A DNA stretch of 64,000 bases from NCBI RefSeq assembly GCF_009914755.1, contig NC_060932.1; one strand, 5' to 3'. Both the position numbers and the translations under genes were made by a program. The stretch comes from the human T2T-CHM13v2.0 reference genome, Homo sapiens. Positions 20,221-34,043 of this stretch are shown here, in pieces (position 1 is the stretch's first letter; each line of letters begins with the position of its first letter). The notes below the pieces were generated by a model. That model saw nothing but the letters and a program-made list of their open reading frames with translations. It did not search any database and was not told where the DNA came from.

Positions 20221-20716
20221 ACATGTATCACATATACGATATCATATATACAGATGATATATATGATATCATATAAACACATGATATATATGATATATAT
20301 ACACATGATATATATGATATATACACATGATATATATGATATTATATACACATGATATATATGATATATGGAACAGTATATAACCTGTGACCTCTATATG
20401 TAGCATAATAGGATTTATAAGATAATAAATATATAGGATAAATGTATTAGGATATATAGGGTAATACAAATATATATAGGGTAATACAAATATATACATA
20501 TGCTATATATACATATATCATATATACAAATATATATGATATATATACATACACAAATATATATGATATATATATATACACATACATATATACATATGAT
20601 ATACATACATATATAATAAATATGATATACGGGACAGTATATAATCTGTAACCTGTATATGTAGCATAATAGGGTTTATATAATATATTAGGATATATAG
20701 GGTAATACAAATATAA
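20221..20716. repeat. TA-rich (CATATA/GATATA) low-complexity tract with internal tandem duplication
   Basis: Block ggaacagtatataacctgtg...tagcataatagg...ggatatatagggtaatacaaatat occurs at ~20369-20493 and again at ~20631-20714. Confidence 0.9.
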
Positions 20717-20849
20717 CTTTCTATAATTTGCTCCTTGAACATGGGGCACTGCCTGTTGCCATGTCTCTGTGAGCACCTAAGGGTTATACGCGGAGGTACC
20801 AAACACAGGACCCTTGAGAAATGTCAGCCTTGTCATGTAATGGCATGAG

Positions 20850-21414
20850 GGGAAAACACTGGAGAAACAGTCCTTTTGTTTAAAATAGAAACTTCTAAGA
20901 GAGCCAAGTTAGCACATGACAAATTACTGAATATCCCGTTCTCCTGGAGGGGAGAAAAAAAAAAAAGCCCCTTCATTTCTGAAATGAGAAAGGGAATTGC
21001 TGGTACCAAAATTCACGTTTCCTTTTTGGTGGAAATTCTCCAGCCAAGCTTGGCGCTAACAGAGTAGGCGATTTCACTTCGTCGTCACCTCACAAAAGGC
21101 TTCCAAATTCACTGCGGCAGACACCGCAAAATAAAAATGTTAAATACATCCTAGCTGGGAGGGGATTGAAGCCTCCAGGCTCAATCAAAGGTTTGCAATA
21201 ATAGGATTCATTTAAAAAAAAAAAAAAAAAAAGGACAGATGGGTTTAGAAAATGTTGCAGTGAAGACTGGAACGAGATGAGCTCATAGCACCAGCCTGTC
21301 TTTTGTGGACCCGCACAATGATCCCTGAGCCAGACTGGATTAGGATGCCTCGCGACTAGGGGTCCAGAGACAGAGGCCTCCAGTTCCCAGGCACTTCGGG
21401 AAGAGGAGGCTGAA
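20850..21414 (+). promoter_or_regulatory. VXN: VXN promoter / 5' UTR region
   Basis: Unique sequence upstream of the ATG with retained CpGs, CGTCA half-CRE (~21083), ATCAAAG TCF-like motif (21184-21190) and CAGATG E-box (21236-21241); TSS cannot be placed from sequence. Confidence 0.6.
21318..21359 (+). other. Candidate uORF (MIPEPDWIRMPRD*) upstream of the VXN ATG
   Basis: acaATGa with A at -3, TAG ending at 21359, 55 nt before the main ATG. Confidence 0.5.
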
Positions 21415-21484
21415 ATGATGCATCAGATTTACAGCTGCAGTGACGAGAACATAGAAGTTTTCACCACCGTGATTCCTTCCAAGG
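21415..21484 (+). CDS. VXN: Vexin coding exon 1 (MMHQIYSCSDENIEVFTTVIPSK+G)
   Basis: ATG at 21415, 70 coding nt, donor AAGG|GTGAGT at 21485; matches the vexin/C8orf46 N-terminus as I recall it. Confidence 0.95.
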
Positions 21485-22579
21485 GTGAGTGAAATTGCCC
21501 TTGACTGTTTCCTTAACGTGGCATCTTAGGCAGGAGGGGAAGGACAGTCACGTGCTGCCTTACTACGGTTTATCCTCAGGTCTCTGGGGTCTGATGGACT
21601 CTCGGTTTTGATGGTATTTGATTTTTTGGAGGGGGGAAAGAGGCACAAGGATAAACATCAATCACTGAGAAACAATCCATCAAGGGGAAGGCGAGAGCAG
21701 CTAAATACTCCCTGTCTCATTTAATTCAGTACCAACAGTCCAGTACACCAATGGAAGTGACAGCAAGCCATTGCTATGCACACAGGTGAAAACAAAATCC
21801 CAGGGTAGCTAGATAGAGACTTTCATTTTTTCCAGTGAGCAAGTGGGTTCTGAAATGAGAACAGCTGGCTTAAAAGTATGATTTCTAACTGTGCCATGCA
21901 AAGTGCGGAGAAATACTCCCGGTGGCTGCTTGAAGTCCAGTGAAGCCGTCAGAGAGCGCCCTGACCCTGGGCTGGCTTCTCCACAGAACCCAGGGCCACC
22001 TTGCAAACTTAACCCGGAACTAATGCTGCCAGAGAATGCGACACGAGAGTCTTGACTTTATAAGCTCTTGTGGTCCTCAGTGAACGGTGTTAAGGGCTTT
22101 GTGTGAGGGTTCTGATGACTCCAAGTGTCTGGTTCCTGGTCAGTCCCCTCAGCCTCTCCTAAGCATGGCCCCCTCTCCTGCCGCCTCTGTTCTCTGCCTG
22201 CGCTCCTGTCTTGCCCCCTCCCATCCACCTCCATGACTCAGGCTTAGCCCCTGGTCTCATTGTCAGCCTTGAATGAAGTAGGCTGGGTGTTTGCTGGTGT
22301 TGTGAGCCCACATTCAAACAATTCCTTTCTTCCCCTGTGTCAGCCGCTGACAGGGCCATTGCACAGTGGGGCAGGGAGAGATTCCGTTTGGCCACAAAGA
22401 GACAGCCTGCAGGACATAAATTAAGCTTTAGACATTTACTGCCAGATCCAGAGAGAGGGAAAAGAGCTGGGAGTCTGCTGCCCACGTGCAGGAGTTGGAA
22501 TTCCCTCTGGAAACTCTGAAAGTCCAAGTTGACCCTCGGAATCAGCAGTTTCGCTTTTGGGTGGAACTCCTCTTACCCC

Positions 22580-24035
22580 TGGATGTTCACGGTGGCATTG
22601 ATTCTAAGAAGGCACAACTGAAAATAACCTGAGTGTCCATGAAGAGGGGAATGGTTAAAATGTGGTGCTGTCATGCTGTGGAATACTATACAATGTCAAC
22701 AGGAATAAACTAGATGTATGCCTGTGAACATAGGTAGATCTAAGCATAATGCTGAGTGCCAAATAAGCAGGCTGAAAAATTATATATGTAAGATAGCATT
22801 TCTGTAAATTTGAAAATATAAACCAATACTATATATTGTTTATGGATATGTATCTAGAGAAAAATACAAAAACATAGACCAGAAAGATACAGATAAAATT
22901 AGTGATCTCAGTAGTCTTGGGAAGGTAGGGAAGGAGAATTAGGGAAGGGTAGAAAGAGAACCAAAACATTGCCTCTGATTTTGTATTTCTTGTATATGAG
23001 AAGAAAACAAAGTAGAAGGAAATATGAAAATGTTACATGTGTTTATTTTCTATCATTTACTTCCATTTACAAAATTTTTAAAGGAAGAAAAAGTCAAAAC
23101 GAAGTGGTTAAGAGACTGCTGCCACTTCTGCACTGTGTGACCTTGGGCAAGCTACTTAACCTCTCTGGGCCTGAGTTTCCACTGCTGTAAATGGGAGAAA
23201 CAACTTATCTTCCAGGATCATATGGGGAATAAATGAGTAAATATATAAAGCATCTAGAACAGTAGCTGGCATGTAGTAAGCACCATTAAATACATCACTT
23301 AAAAAGTGATTTCCAATTTTATTTTGTATTTAGAATAATCAACATGATCAGTCAAAGATAAATATTTAATCTTATCTTTTTTCCCTTCCCATTTTCATTC
23401 ATGGCCACTTCCTTGTGGTACAAGAGTAGCTATCTTGTGAAGTTGCTGTAAAACCTTTTCCCAACCAAGTAACATGTTTAATGGTTAATTTCTTTAAGCT
23501 TTTTTATAATTGTGGCAAAATATGCATAACAAAATGTACCATTTTAAAAACTATTTTTAAGTGTACAGGTCAGTGGCATTAAGTCTATTCACATTGTTGT
23601 GCAACCATCACCCCCATCCATCCTAGCACTTCTTCATTATCCCAAACTAAAACTCTGAATCCGTTGAACACTAACTCATTCCCCCACTCTTCCAGCCACC
23701 AGTAACCACCATTCTACTTTTTGTCCTACAAATTTGGTTTTTTGTCCTTTTGTTTGTTTGTTTTTCTGTCTCTATGAATTTGACTACTCTAGGAACCCCA
23801 TATTAAGAGGAATTGTAGACTATGTGACATTTTGTGTCCGGCTTATTTCACTTAGTACCATGTTTTCAAGGTTCATCCATGTGTGGCATGTATCAGAATT
23901 CCATTCCTTTTCAAGGCTGAGTAATATTCCATCACATACAGACACCATATTTTGTTTATTCATTCATCTGTTGGTGGACATTTGGGTTGTTCCCAAACTT
24001 CAGCTCTTGTGAGTAATGCAGCTATGAACTTTGTA
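22580..24035. mobile_element. Intron 1 repeats: L1ME-like 22580-23000 (+), MIR 23100-23300, L1MB-like 3' end 23500-24035 (-)
   Basis: tgtgaccttgggcaagctacttaacctctctg (MIR); ttcacattgttgtgcaaccatcac (L1 3' end). Confidence 0.7.
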
Positions 24036-24202
24036 CTCAAGCCAAGTAACATCTTCAATCGCAACGACCCTGTCTCTTTTTCCCGTCCCCTCCTCTATGC
24101 CCCTGCCTCGCCACAGATTCAGACCTTCTCAGTGTTGTTACTGTAGCTATGTCAGCCTCGCTGATGTTGTCTAAAACCATTTCTTTCTCTCTGTCTTTGC
24201 AG

Positions 24203-24258
24203 TATCCAGTCCAGCCAGAAGAAGAGCCAAAAGCTCTCAGCACCTCTTGACCAAGAAT
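24203..24258 (+). CDS. VXN: Vexin coding exon 2 (VSSPARRRAKSSQHLLTKN)
   Basis: Acceptor ttctttctctctgtctttgcag, 56 nt, donor AAT|GTAAGG; frame continues from exon 1. Confidence 0.95.
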
Positions 24259-24627
24259 GTAAGGAAACTTTAGTTTTGATGTTCTTTGGTTGACTTTCAT
24301 TTAAAAAGCAATGCCAGGCTTCTTCTTCACTCTCGCTCCCCAGCTCTCAGTGGCCAGGAGGGTTTCAGTGTTCCATGTGGTGCGTGCTGCACTCTCCGTT
24401 CTCCACTTAACCAAAATAATTGACAAATGTCAACCAGACACCAAGTGACCCTGAACTGGACCACTTATTCTGCCATTTTCTCCAGGCACAGAGAGTAAGA
24501 CTTGTTTTATGCACACTTTTTTTTTCTTGTTTAAACAGAGTTCACGATGTGGACATAGCATTCCTGATCTAGGTGTTTTCCTATTGTTGGCATTCGTAAT
24601 GTTCCATTTTTTTACTATTATTAATAG

Positions 24628-24947
<320 letters not shown>

Positions 24948-25509
24948 CAAAATACTATTCTTTTGGATTAATTCCTCAGAGCATAGGCCTCAAAGTAGAA
25001 AAAAAAGGTAAAAGGATAAGAACAATTTCATCCATCCATCTACTCCTTCATCAAATATTTGCATTCCTACTGTGTGTGACAAACATTGTGCTAGATGTAG
25101 AGAATTGTGATTTGCTCAAACTAGTTCTTTTTACAGTTTTGTCACATACTGTCAGGAATTCTGAACAATTTGGGGGCTTCCAGTAATGCTTGTCCATTTA
25201 CCACCAACATCACCAGCATCGGCTTTCCTCTTTTTGTATTATGTTTTGCTGCTTTAACATGCATATGCATTACTCTAAAATTAGCTTACATGTCTTTAGA
25301 GCCTAATAATGCTGTGCAATTCCCATTTTATATATAAATTTCTTTACATAAAACTGGCAGTACATCTTTGCACTTTAAAGTTGAAACTGAGTTGTCTCCT
25401 CTTGGTTGTACTGGAGTTTCTATTTCTATGACAATTTTTCATAGGATAGCATTTCAATTTTTGAAGTATCTCAATTTTCAAAAGCCTATTCTCCATTAAA
25501 AATTTTTTT

Positions 25510-26110
<601 letters not shown>

Positions 26111-26266
26111 ATAATAATAATGTCCTTTGAATGAGATGGAGTTTTACTAGTTGTTGTTTCTATATAACATGTACATATACTATACATGTAAATGTATACA
26201 TGTATATAAATGTATTACCTTTTTATTTCCAAAAGCAGTATATGCTATATAAAATTTTATACAATA

Positions 26267-26640
26267 CAGTAGTCCCCCCCTTATCTGCAGGAAATATGTT
26301 CCAAAACCTCCAGCGGATGCCTGAAACCATGGATAGTACTGAACCCTGTATCACTATATCCTTTAAATCTTTTGTGTGTGTGTGTGTGTCCTTTAAATCT
26401 AATAACCAAGATGGCTACTAAGCGACTAACAGGTGGGGGTTGTCCACAGAATGGAGACCCTGGACAAAGGGATGATTCATGCCCCGGGAGGGGATATGCA
26501 GATTGGTGTGAGATTTCATCACACTGCTCAGAATAGTGCAAAATTTAAAACCTATGAAATATTTCTGGAATTTTCCATTTAATATTTACAGACTCTACTT
26601 GACCAAGGGTAACTGAAACCATAGATGAAAGGGACTACTG
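26267..26640. mobile_element. TcMar-Tigger MITE (MER82-like)
   Basis: TA|CAGTAGTCCC...GGGACTACTG|TA terminal inverted repeats with TA TSD. Confidence 0.85.
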
Positions 26641-26988
26641 TATACTATCAGCAAATCCTGAGAAGCTGCAGAAGAGAGGGGTTAGGTATGTAGACTTCAG
26701 AGTCAAATGGCCTGGGTTTAAATCCCAGTTCTATCCATTTCTAGCTATGTGACCTTGAGCAAGTTGCTTAGCTATTGTGGAATTCAACTTCCTTAGCATT
26801 AAATGAGGATAATAAGAGAACATTTCTCAAGAACCATGGGAAGGAGCAATGATTTTTTTTCTTCTGCAACAAAAGCCACATTTATTTTTTTCTTTTTTTC
26901 TCTTTTTTTTTTGGCAAATGATTTAATGCATATAAAATGTTTAGTCCAGAGCCTGACACATATAAGCATTCAATAAGTATTGGGTTGG

Positions 26989-27791
<803 letters not shown>

Positions 27792-28303
27792 CTACCTCAT
27801 TCTTTATAGCGGCTGTATAATACAACATTGTATGAATGCTCTATAATTTTTTTTACCCAAACCAAACCTGAAGTTTTCTAGATTCATTATTTAACCAAAT
27901 TATCGATAAATAGGGTTCCCCATTTTTTCTATTAAACAATGCCACAACAAATTCTTGAACATATTTTTATGTTCTTAAATGATTCCGAGGATAAATTCAT
28001 AGATATGAAAATCCCAGGCCAAAGGAGATACACATTGAAACAATTTTATAGCCACTGACAAATTCCTAGCAATTACATTTTAAAATACCTTTTCCAGAAC
28101 AGCTGAGCCTATACTGTGTGGCATCAATGTTGTTAGTCTTTGACAATCAGATAGGTAAACATATCCTGTTTAATTTTATTTCTATAATTATTGATGTGAT
28201 TCTTCATCTTTTCATAGATGTATTGATCATTTCAACATTTTTTCCCCTACGGTTTCTTACTCATGACTTTTGCCTATATTTCTCTCAGTTATACGCCTTT
28301 TTC

Positions 28304-28970
<667 letters not shown>

Positions 28971-29077
28971 AAAAATACAGAATACTTCATGAATTTGCGT
29001 GTTACCCTTGCACAGTGGCCATGCTAATCTTCTCTGTATCATTTCAATTTTAGTGTATGTGTTGCTGAGGCAAGCAC
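28971..29077 (-). pseudogene. Full-length U6 snRNA pseudogene (5' part of a U6/L1 chimera)
   Basis: Minus strand reads GTGCTTGCCTCAGCAACACATACACTAAAATTGAAATGATACAGAGAAGATTAGCATGGCC...GCAAATTCATGAAGTATTCTGTATTTTT, a diverged U6 with the ACAGAGA box. Confidence 0.95.
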
Positions 29078-30231
29078 TGTATGCCTTTTTCGAGAACCTT
29101 TTGTATGTTAAGAAAGAGAAGTGTTTTTAATGGATGGAAAATTTGATTGTAGGGCAACTGATTCTGATCCTTCTCATGGTCCCTGAAAACTCAATCCCAA
29201 AGTCTAGAAGGAAAATGCTCCCAACTTTCAAGGAGCAATGGGTGAGGTGTTCTCAAAAATGGAAAGAGAAGGGGTTGTCTGTGGGTAATTTGGAGTTTAA
29301 GAAAGTTTCACCACAGATCTTTCAGTCTTTTGGTCAGGAAGTTTGGCTCTTGTCTTCCCATATTCAGTCTTCCTCCAGGTGGACAGCACAGGAGTGCTCT
29401 CTGGCTTTTTGCACTTTCCTCTGAATTTCTAATTTCCCCTAACAGTTTAGCTTAGCCCAGCCTCTGCTTGTAAAACTCAGCCCCAGCCACACAGACCATT
29501 CAAATTAGAAGAGAGGCAAGGTCTCTTAGTCCACCTCCTACTTTTGCAGATGGGAAAAGTGAGTCCCAAAAAGGAAAGAATTGTCTCTGGTCTCTTGTGT
29601 CCCCAACCAACTGACCCTTGGCTTCCCTTTGAGTCTTTGTCTTCTCCAACTTGGTGATCTAAAAGCAATTGTGATTGATTATCTTGATGAGGAAAATAAT
29701 TCTTATTTTGCAACTGTACCATATTTACAACTTCCTATGTCCTCAAATTTGTATTTGTATCTCTTCTTATCCCTTAGACTACCATGTGAATGGATGTCAG
29801 GTTCCTTCTTCTCAAATACCTCTTTCCTCCCTGAGCAATCCTTAATATCAGCTTTCCTTCTTCTCTGATTCCTCTTGAATTGTATTTCTTCCAAATTCAA
29901 GGCAAAGCCTCACACTGTTCCTTCTCTAGACGGCCTCTCCAGTCTTTAATTTTTTTAATTCTTAGACAATTTTATGGACATTTTGACCATCCTGATGCCC
30001 ACTATCATAGGAGTAACTCAAGGGGATAAACTTACACAAAGGTATGAGTCAGTTAAGCCTTCTGGCATGGAGCCACGACAATGAAGATTCGTGGCCCCTT
30101 CAGAATAAGCAGGCGGTCAGCCATCAGAAAAGATGGATAAATGAGATTGCAAAGGTCACATTCTTCTCAGATTTCAAGCTTGTAAGGAGGAATATATGTG
30201 GGGTTCTCCTGATTTTTTGAAATGCACAGAG

Positions 30232-30911
30232 CGCCGTGCACAGTGGCTCGCACCTGTAATCCTAGCACTTTGGGAGGCCGAGGCAGGTGGATTGCCTGAG
30301 GTCAGAGTTTGAGATCAGCCTGACCAATATGGTGAAACCCCATCTCTACTAAAAATACAAAAATTAGCCAGGCGTGGTGGCAGGCGCCTGTAGTCCTAGC
30401 TACTTGAGAGGCTGAGGCAGGAGAATTGCCTGAACCCAGGAGGCAGAGGTTGTGGTGAGCCAAGATCATGCCACACTGCACTCCAGCCTGGGTGACAGAG
30501 TGAGACTCCGTCTCAAAATAAACAAAAAAAGAAAAAGAAAAAGAAAAGAAATGCACAGAGCAACCAATTGCACTTGCACTTGTAAATTCCTATCTGGATG
30601 TAGGCTGTTCTTCTTCCTTTTTTTTTTTTTAAGATGGGGTCTCACTCTGTCCCCCATGCTGGAGTGCAGTGGCATGATCAAAGCTCACTACAGCCCCCAC
30701 CTCCTGGGCTCAGGTGATCCTCCCATTTCAGCCTCCCAAGTAGGTGGGACTACAGGCATGTGGCACCACACCCAGCTAGTTTTTGTATTTTTTTGTAGAG
30801 ACAGGGTTTTGCCATGTTGCCCAGGCTGGTCTTGAACTCCTGGGTTCAATGATCCGCCACCTCATCCTCCCAAAGTGCTGGGATTACAGGCATAAGCCAC
30901 TGCGCCCAGCC
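30232..30911. mobile_element. Closely spaced inverted Alu pair: 30232-30550 (+) and 30617-30911 (-)
   Basis: TSDs aaatgcacagagc and atgtaggc. Confidence 0.9.
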
Positions 30912-33039
30912 TGAATGTAGGCACTTCTATATTCAGGTTTACCAAGAGCACCCACTTAGGAGGCACGAAACCATGGTTCTCATCCTGGCTCTGTCCCTTA
31001 CAGTTCTGTGGTCTTGAGTAAGACACATGGCCTCTCTTGGCCTCAGTTTCCCTATGTATAAAATTAGGCTAGAATTGGGCTAGAACATTTCTGTGAATCC
31101 CCTCAGCCCCAAAGCATTGTAATTCTCTATTATCTCCGTCTTCTTGACTGTCTTTCTAACTGTCTATCAGAGATCTAGGTGACAAATAAGGAGAAGTGTG
31201 AATCAAAGACGTCAGCAGATGGGATCCTGAGGCTTGTGTGTTAGCCCGTGTCTTCTGCTTTTCCTATCTTGACCTCTCTATGACCAGCAAGGAAGTATTA
31301 CTTTATTGTGATAATGCTTGTTACTCTAATACATTCCCCAACTTCAGCTGGCAGTTTGCTGACCTAAGAAAGGAAAATTCCAGCATTCAACCCTTCTCTC
31401 TCCTCCTCCCTGCTCATTAACATCCCATACCACCATCCTAATTCTCTAATCTTGCTCCTATACTCAGGATGCTAAAGAGCCTCTACTCAGACCAGTGTGT
31501 TCTAAGACCATCAGCAGCAAGCCCAGACTGTGTCCTATAGTCCAGAAAATAAACCAGGCTGTCAGGAGCCTCTCAGGAGGCCACATCCCATCCATTCAGC
31601 CGTCTGTTCCCTGGGACGGGCCTAACACACTGAGCTGCAACCATCTCAGAGCCTCCATTATTGTGGAAAATGAGAACCAAGTATCAGGCCCAGCTAAGAA
31701 ACAGGAAGGCTCAGAGCTGGGCTCTTCTCCTCTTTCATTTCCTGCTACTGGCATCCTTTGGTGGGCTGGAGAAGAGGAGGCACTGTCCCCAGTCGCGACC
31801 TGGGAAATAACTGGCCTCCTTGCCACCCCCAGGAAACCTCCTACATCCATCTGGCTGCTGGGCTGAGCAGCTAATGCCACTCCACTCTCTCCCTCCCCAT
31901 TCTCCCTCCCCACTGTGCAGAGAAGAGATGGGGAGGTGGTGGTTCTTGTTCCTGAAAGGGAACATTTGTCTCCCTTTCAGAGAAGGAAATATTGGAAGGC
32001 AGCGGCAGTCTTCCTGTGGACTCCAGGCTTCACATCCTGCCTTACTTCCTCCTTCTACAAAGTGGGTCTGAAAACTCCACAGCAGCCCTCACTCCTCCTT
32101 TCCGAGAGCGATGCTGAGAGAATGAAAATAAAATCAGGAACAGCTGTGATGAAAGGGCTGCCCACCACCGCCCCCCCACCCCCAGAATGAATGACCCAGT
32201 GTCCTGCCTATGTATAAACATGCAGGATCGAAGCCCAAACTACCAAGATTCCCCTTCACGACTCTCCATAGTAAGATAAAATGGCTACTATTTGTCTCAA
32301 GTTTTTACACTTAAATTATCTCAATGATTTAAGTATTTTTATTACAATTTTTTCCAAAAAAATACCATTTTTAAGGCCCATTTTGGTGGACTCTAACAGA
32401 GTAATTTCCCAGTATAACTACTCAGCAGGTGGTGATGACTGAAAACATTTTAGCATTGGGACCTTTGTTCCAGCTTATCAAGATTTCCGTGCACAGAACC
32501 ACACACAGTGGAAATTCATCTCCCAGCTCCACCCTGACCCAGGCACTCTGCACTGGGAAGTGGGGACGCGGGTAGGAGAGCACCCCGTGCCCCCTGCTCC
32601 ATTTTGCCAGCAGCTTCTTTATTTTTAAAAATCTGAGACTAAGTTGGGCCTGAGCCCTCTCCCTAGGTCTTCGCTCTGCTAGAGCATCCAAAAAGTTGTC
32701 CTCTGCATGAACAAGGGCGTTGTCCACTCAGCTACAAAGACTGTAAGACCTCGATCTCCAGAACTGTCCTGTTTCATTGCCTGTCCTGTTGTCAAAACAC
32801 GTCAGGCGACCGGGCAGCTGGCCTGCCCGTATCTCTGGCCTGATGGCCCAGGCTCCTGACCCTGTGAAGGGCCTGCTGTTGAGGAACACCCCTGCCCGCT
32901 CCAGAACCCTCATTTGCTTGCCCCATGGCACCATTTGGCAGTCTGAAGTCAAATAAAACAGTCACTTCTGGCCGGTTTCCTGCCCAGATTTTGTCGCTGT
33001 TCCTAGAATTCACTGGAATCACGAAGGATCCAGAAACTC

Positions 33040-33420
33040 CCTCGATGCGAGCTCCATCTGCAAAGCTCCTGCCCTGGGGTTCCATGGGTCCCTAGGCCCG
33101 AGCAGAGGAGTGGGCTAACCGCGTTTCCCCCGCCCGGCAGGTGGTGATCGAGTCGGACCTGTACACGCACCAGCCCCTGGAGCTGCTGCCCCACCGCGGA
33201 GACCGCAGGGACCCTGGCGACCGCCGCAGGTTTGGGCGGCTCCAGACCGCGCGGCCGCCCACAGCCCACCCGGCCAAAGCCTCTGCCAGACCCGGTACGT
33301 GAGTCCCGGCCCCAGCTCCCCGCACCTCCCTGGGCGCAGAGACCCACTCAGAGCCACCACAAGCCCAGGTCAGGGCAGCGTTGGCGGTGGCTGCGGCCTC
33401 AGTCGCGCCAGGTGACCAAG
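33040..33420. promoter_or_regulatory. Small intragenic CpG-rich island over exon 3
   Basis: High GC and dense CpG relative to the CpG-depleted flanks. Confidence 0.7.
33141..33294 (+). CDS. VXN: Vexin coding exon 3 (VVIESDLYTHQPLELLPHRGDRRDPGDRRRFGRLQTARPPTAHPAKASARP)
   Basis: Branch-like GGCTAAC at ~33113, acceptor cccggcag, 154 nt, donor CCG|GTACGT; in frame. Confidence 0.95.
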
Positions 33421-33562
33421 CACCTGTGCTTTCCCAAGTAAATGCTGTTTCCACCACAAAAGCACCTGCTCTCAGGCCTCACCTTAGCCTCACACAGCAT
33501 CTTCTACCTATAAAACAGTCACTCCTAGGTTTGCGTAATGAGCAAAGATGCTCTTATCTAAT

Positions 33563-33848
33563 CTTTTTTTTCTTTTCTTTCATTGAGACAGGGTCTCACT
33601 GTGTTACCTAGGCTGGAGTGCAGTGGCAGCAATCACGGCTCACTGCCCTGGGCTCAAGCCATCCTCCCGCCTCAGCCTCCCTGGGACTACAGGTTCACAG
33701 CCACCATGGTCAACCAATTTTTTTTATCTTTAAAAGATGGGGTCTTGCTGTGTTGCCCAGGCTGGTCTCGAACTCCTGAACGCAAGTGATCCACTGGCTG
33801 AGGCCTCCCAAAGTGCTGGGATTACAGGCATGACCCACTGAGATGGGC
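33563..33848 (-). mobile_element. Alu (AluJ-like)
   Basis: Degenerate Alu. Confidence 0.85.
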
Positions 33849-33972
33849 TGTTATCTGCTGTCTTCCTCCACAGGAGGCCCTACTGTATTCTAGAGAGAGT
33901 GTAAATCAGAATGCTGTGGGGGAGAGAAAATCATGACCCATGAAGCAAAGGAGGATCACATAATTTATTTAA

Positions 33973-33996
33973 CAGAGAGAGAGAGAGAGAGAGAGA

Positions 33997-34038
<42 letters not shown>
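33973..34038. repeat. (GA)n(GT)n compound microsatellite
   Basis: Seen directly. Confidence 0.95.

Positions 34039-34043
<5 letters not shown>

Noticed and set aside
20269-20802. Y/I-rich minus-strand ORFs
   Set aside because: Artefacts of the TA-rich low-complexity tract
33003-33457. Overlapping minus-strand ORFs of 81-121 aa
   Set aside because: Stop-poor GC-rich antisense of VXN exon 3
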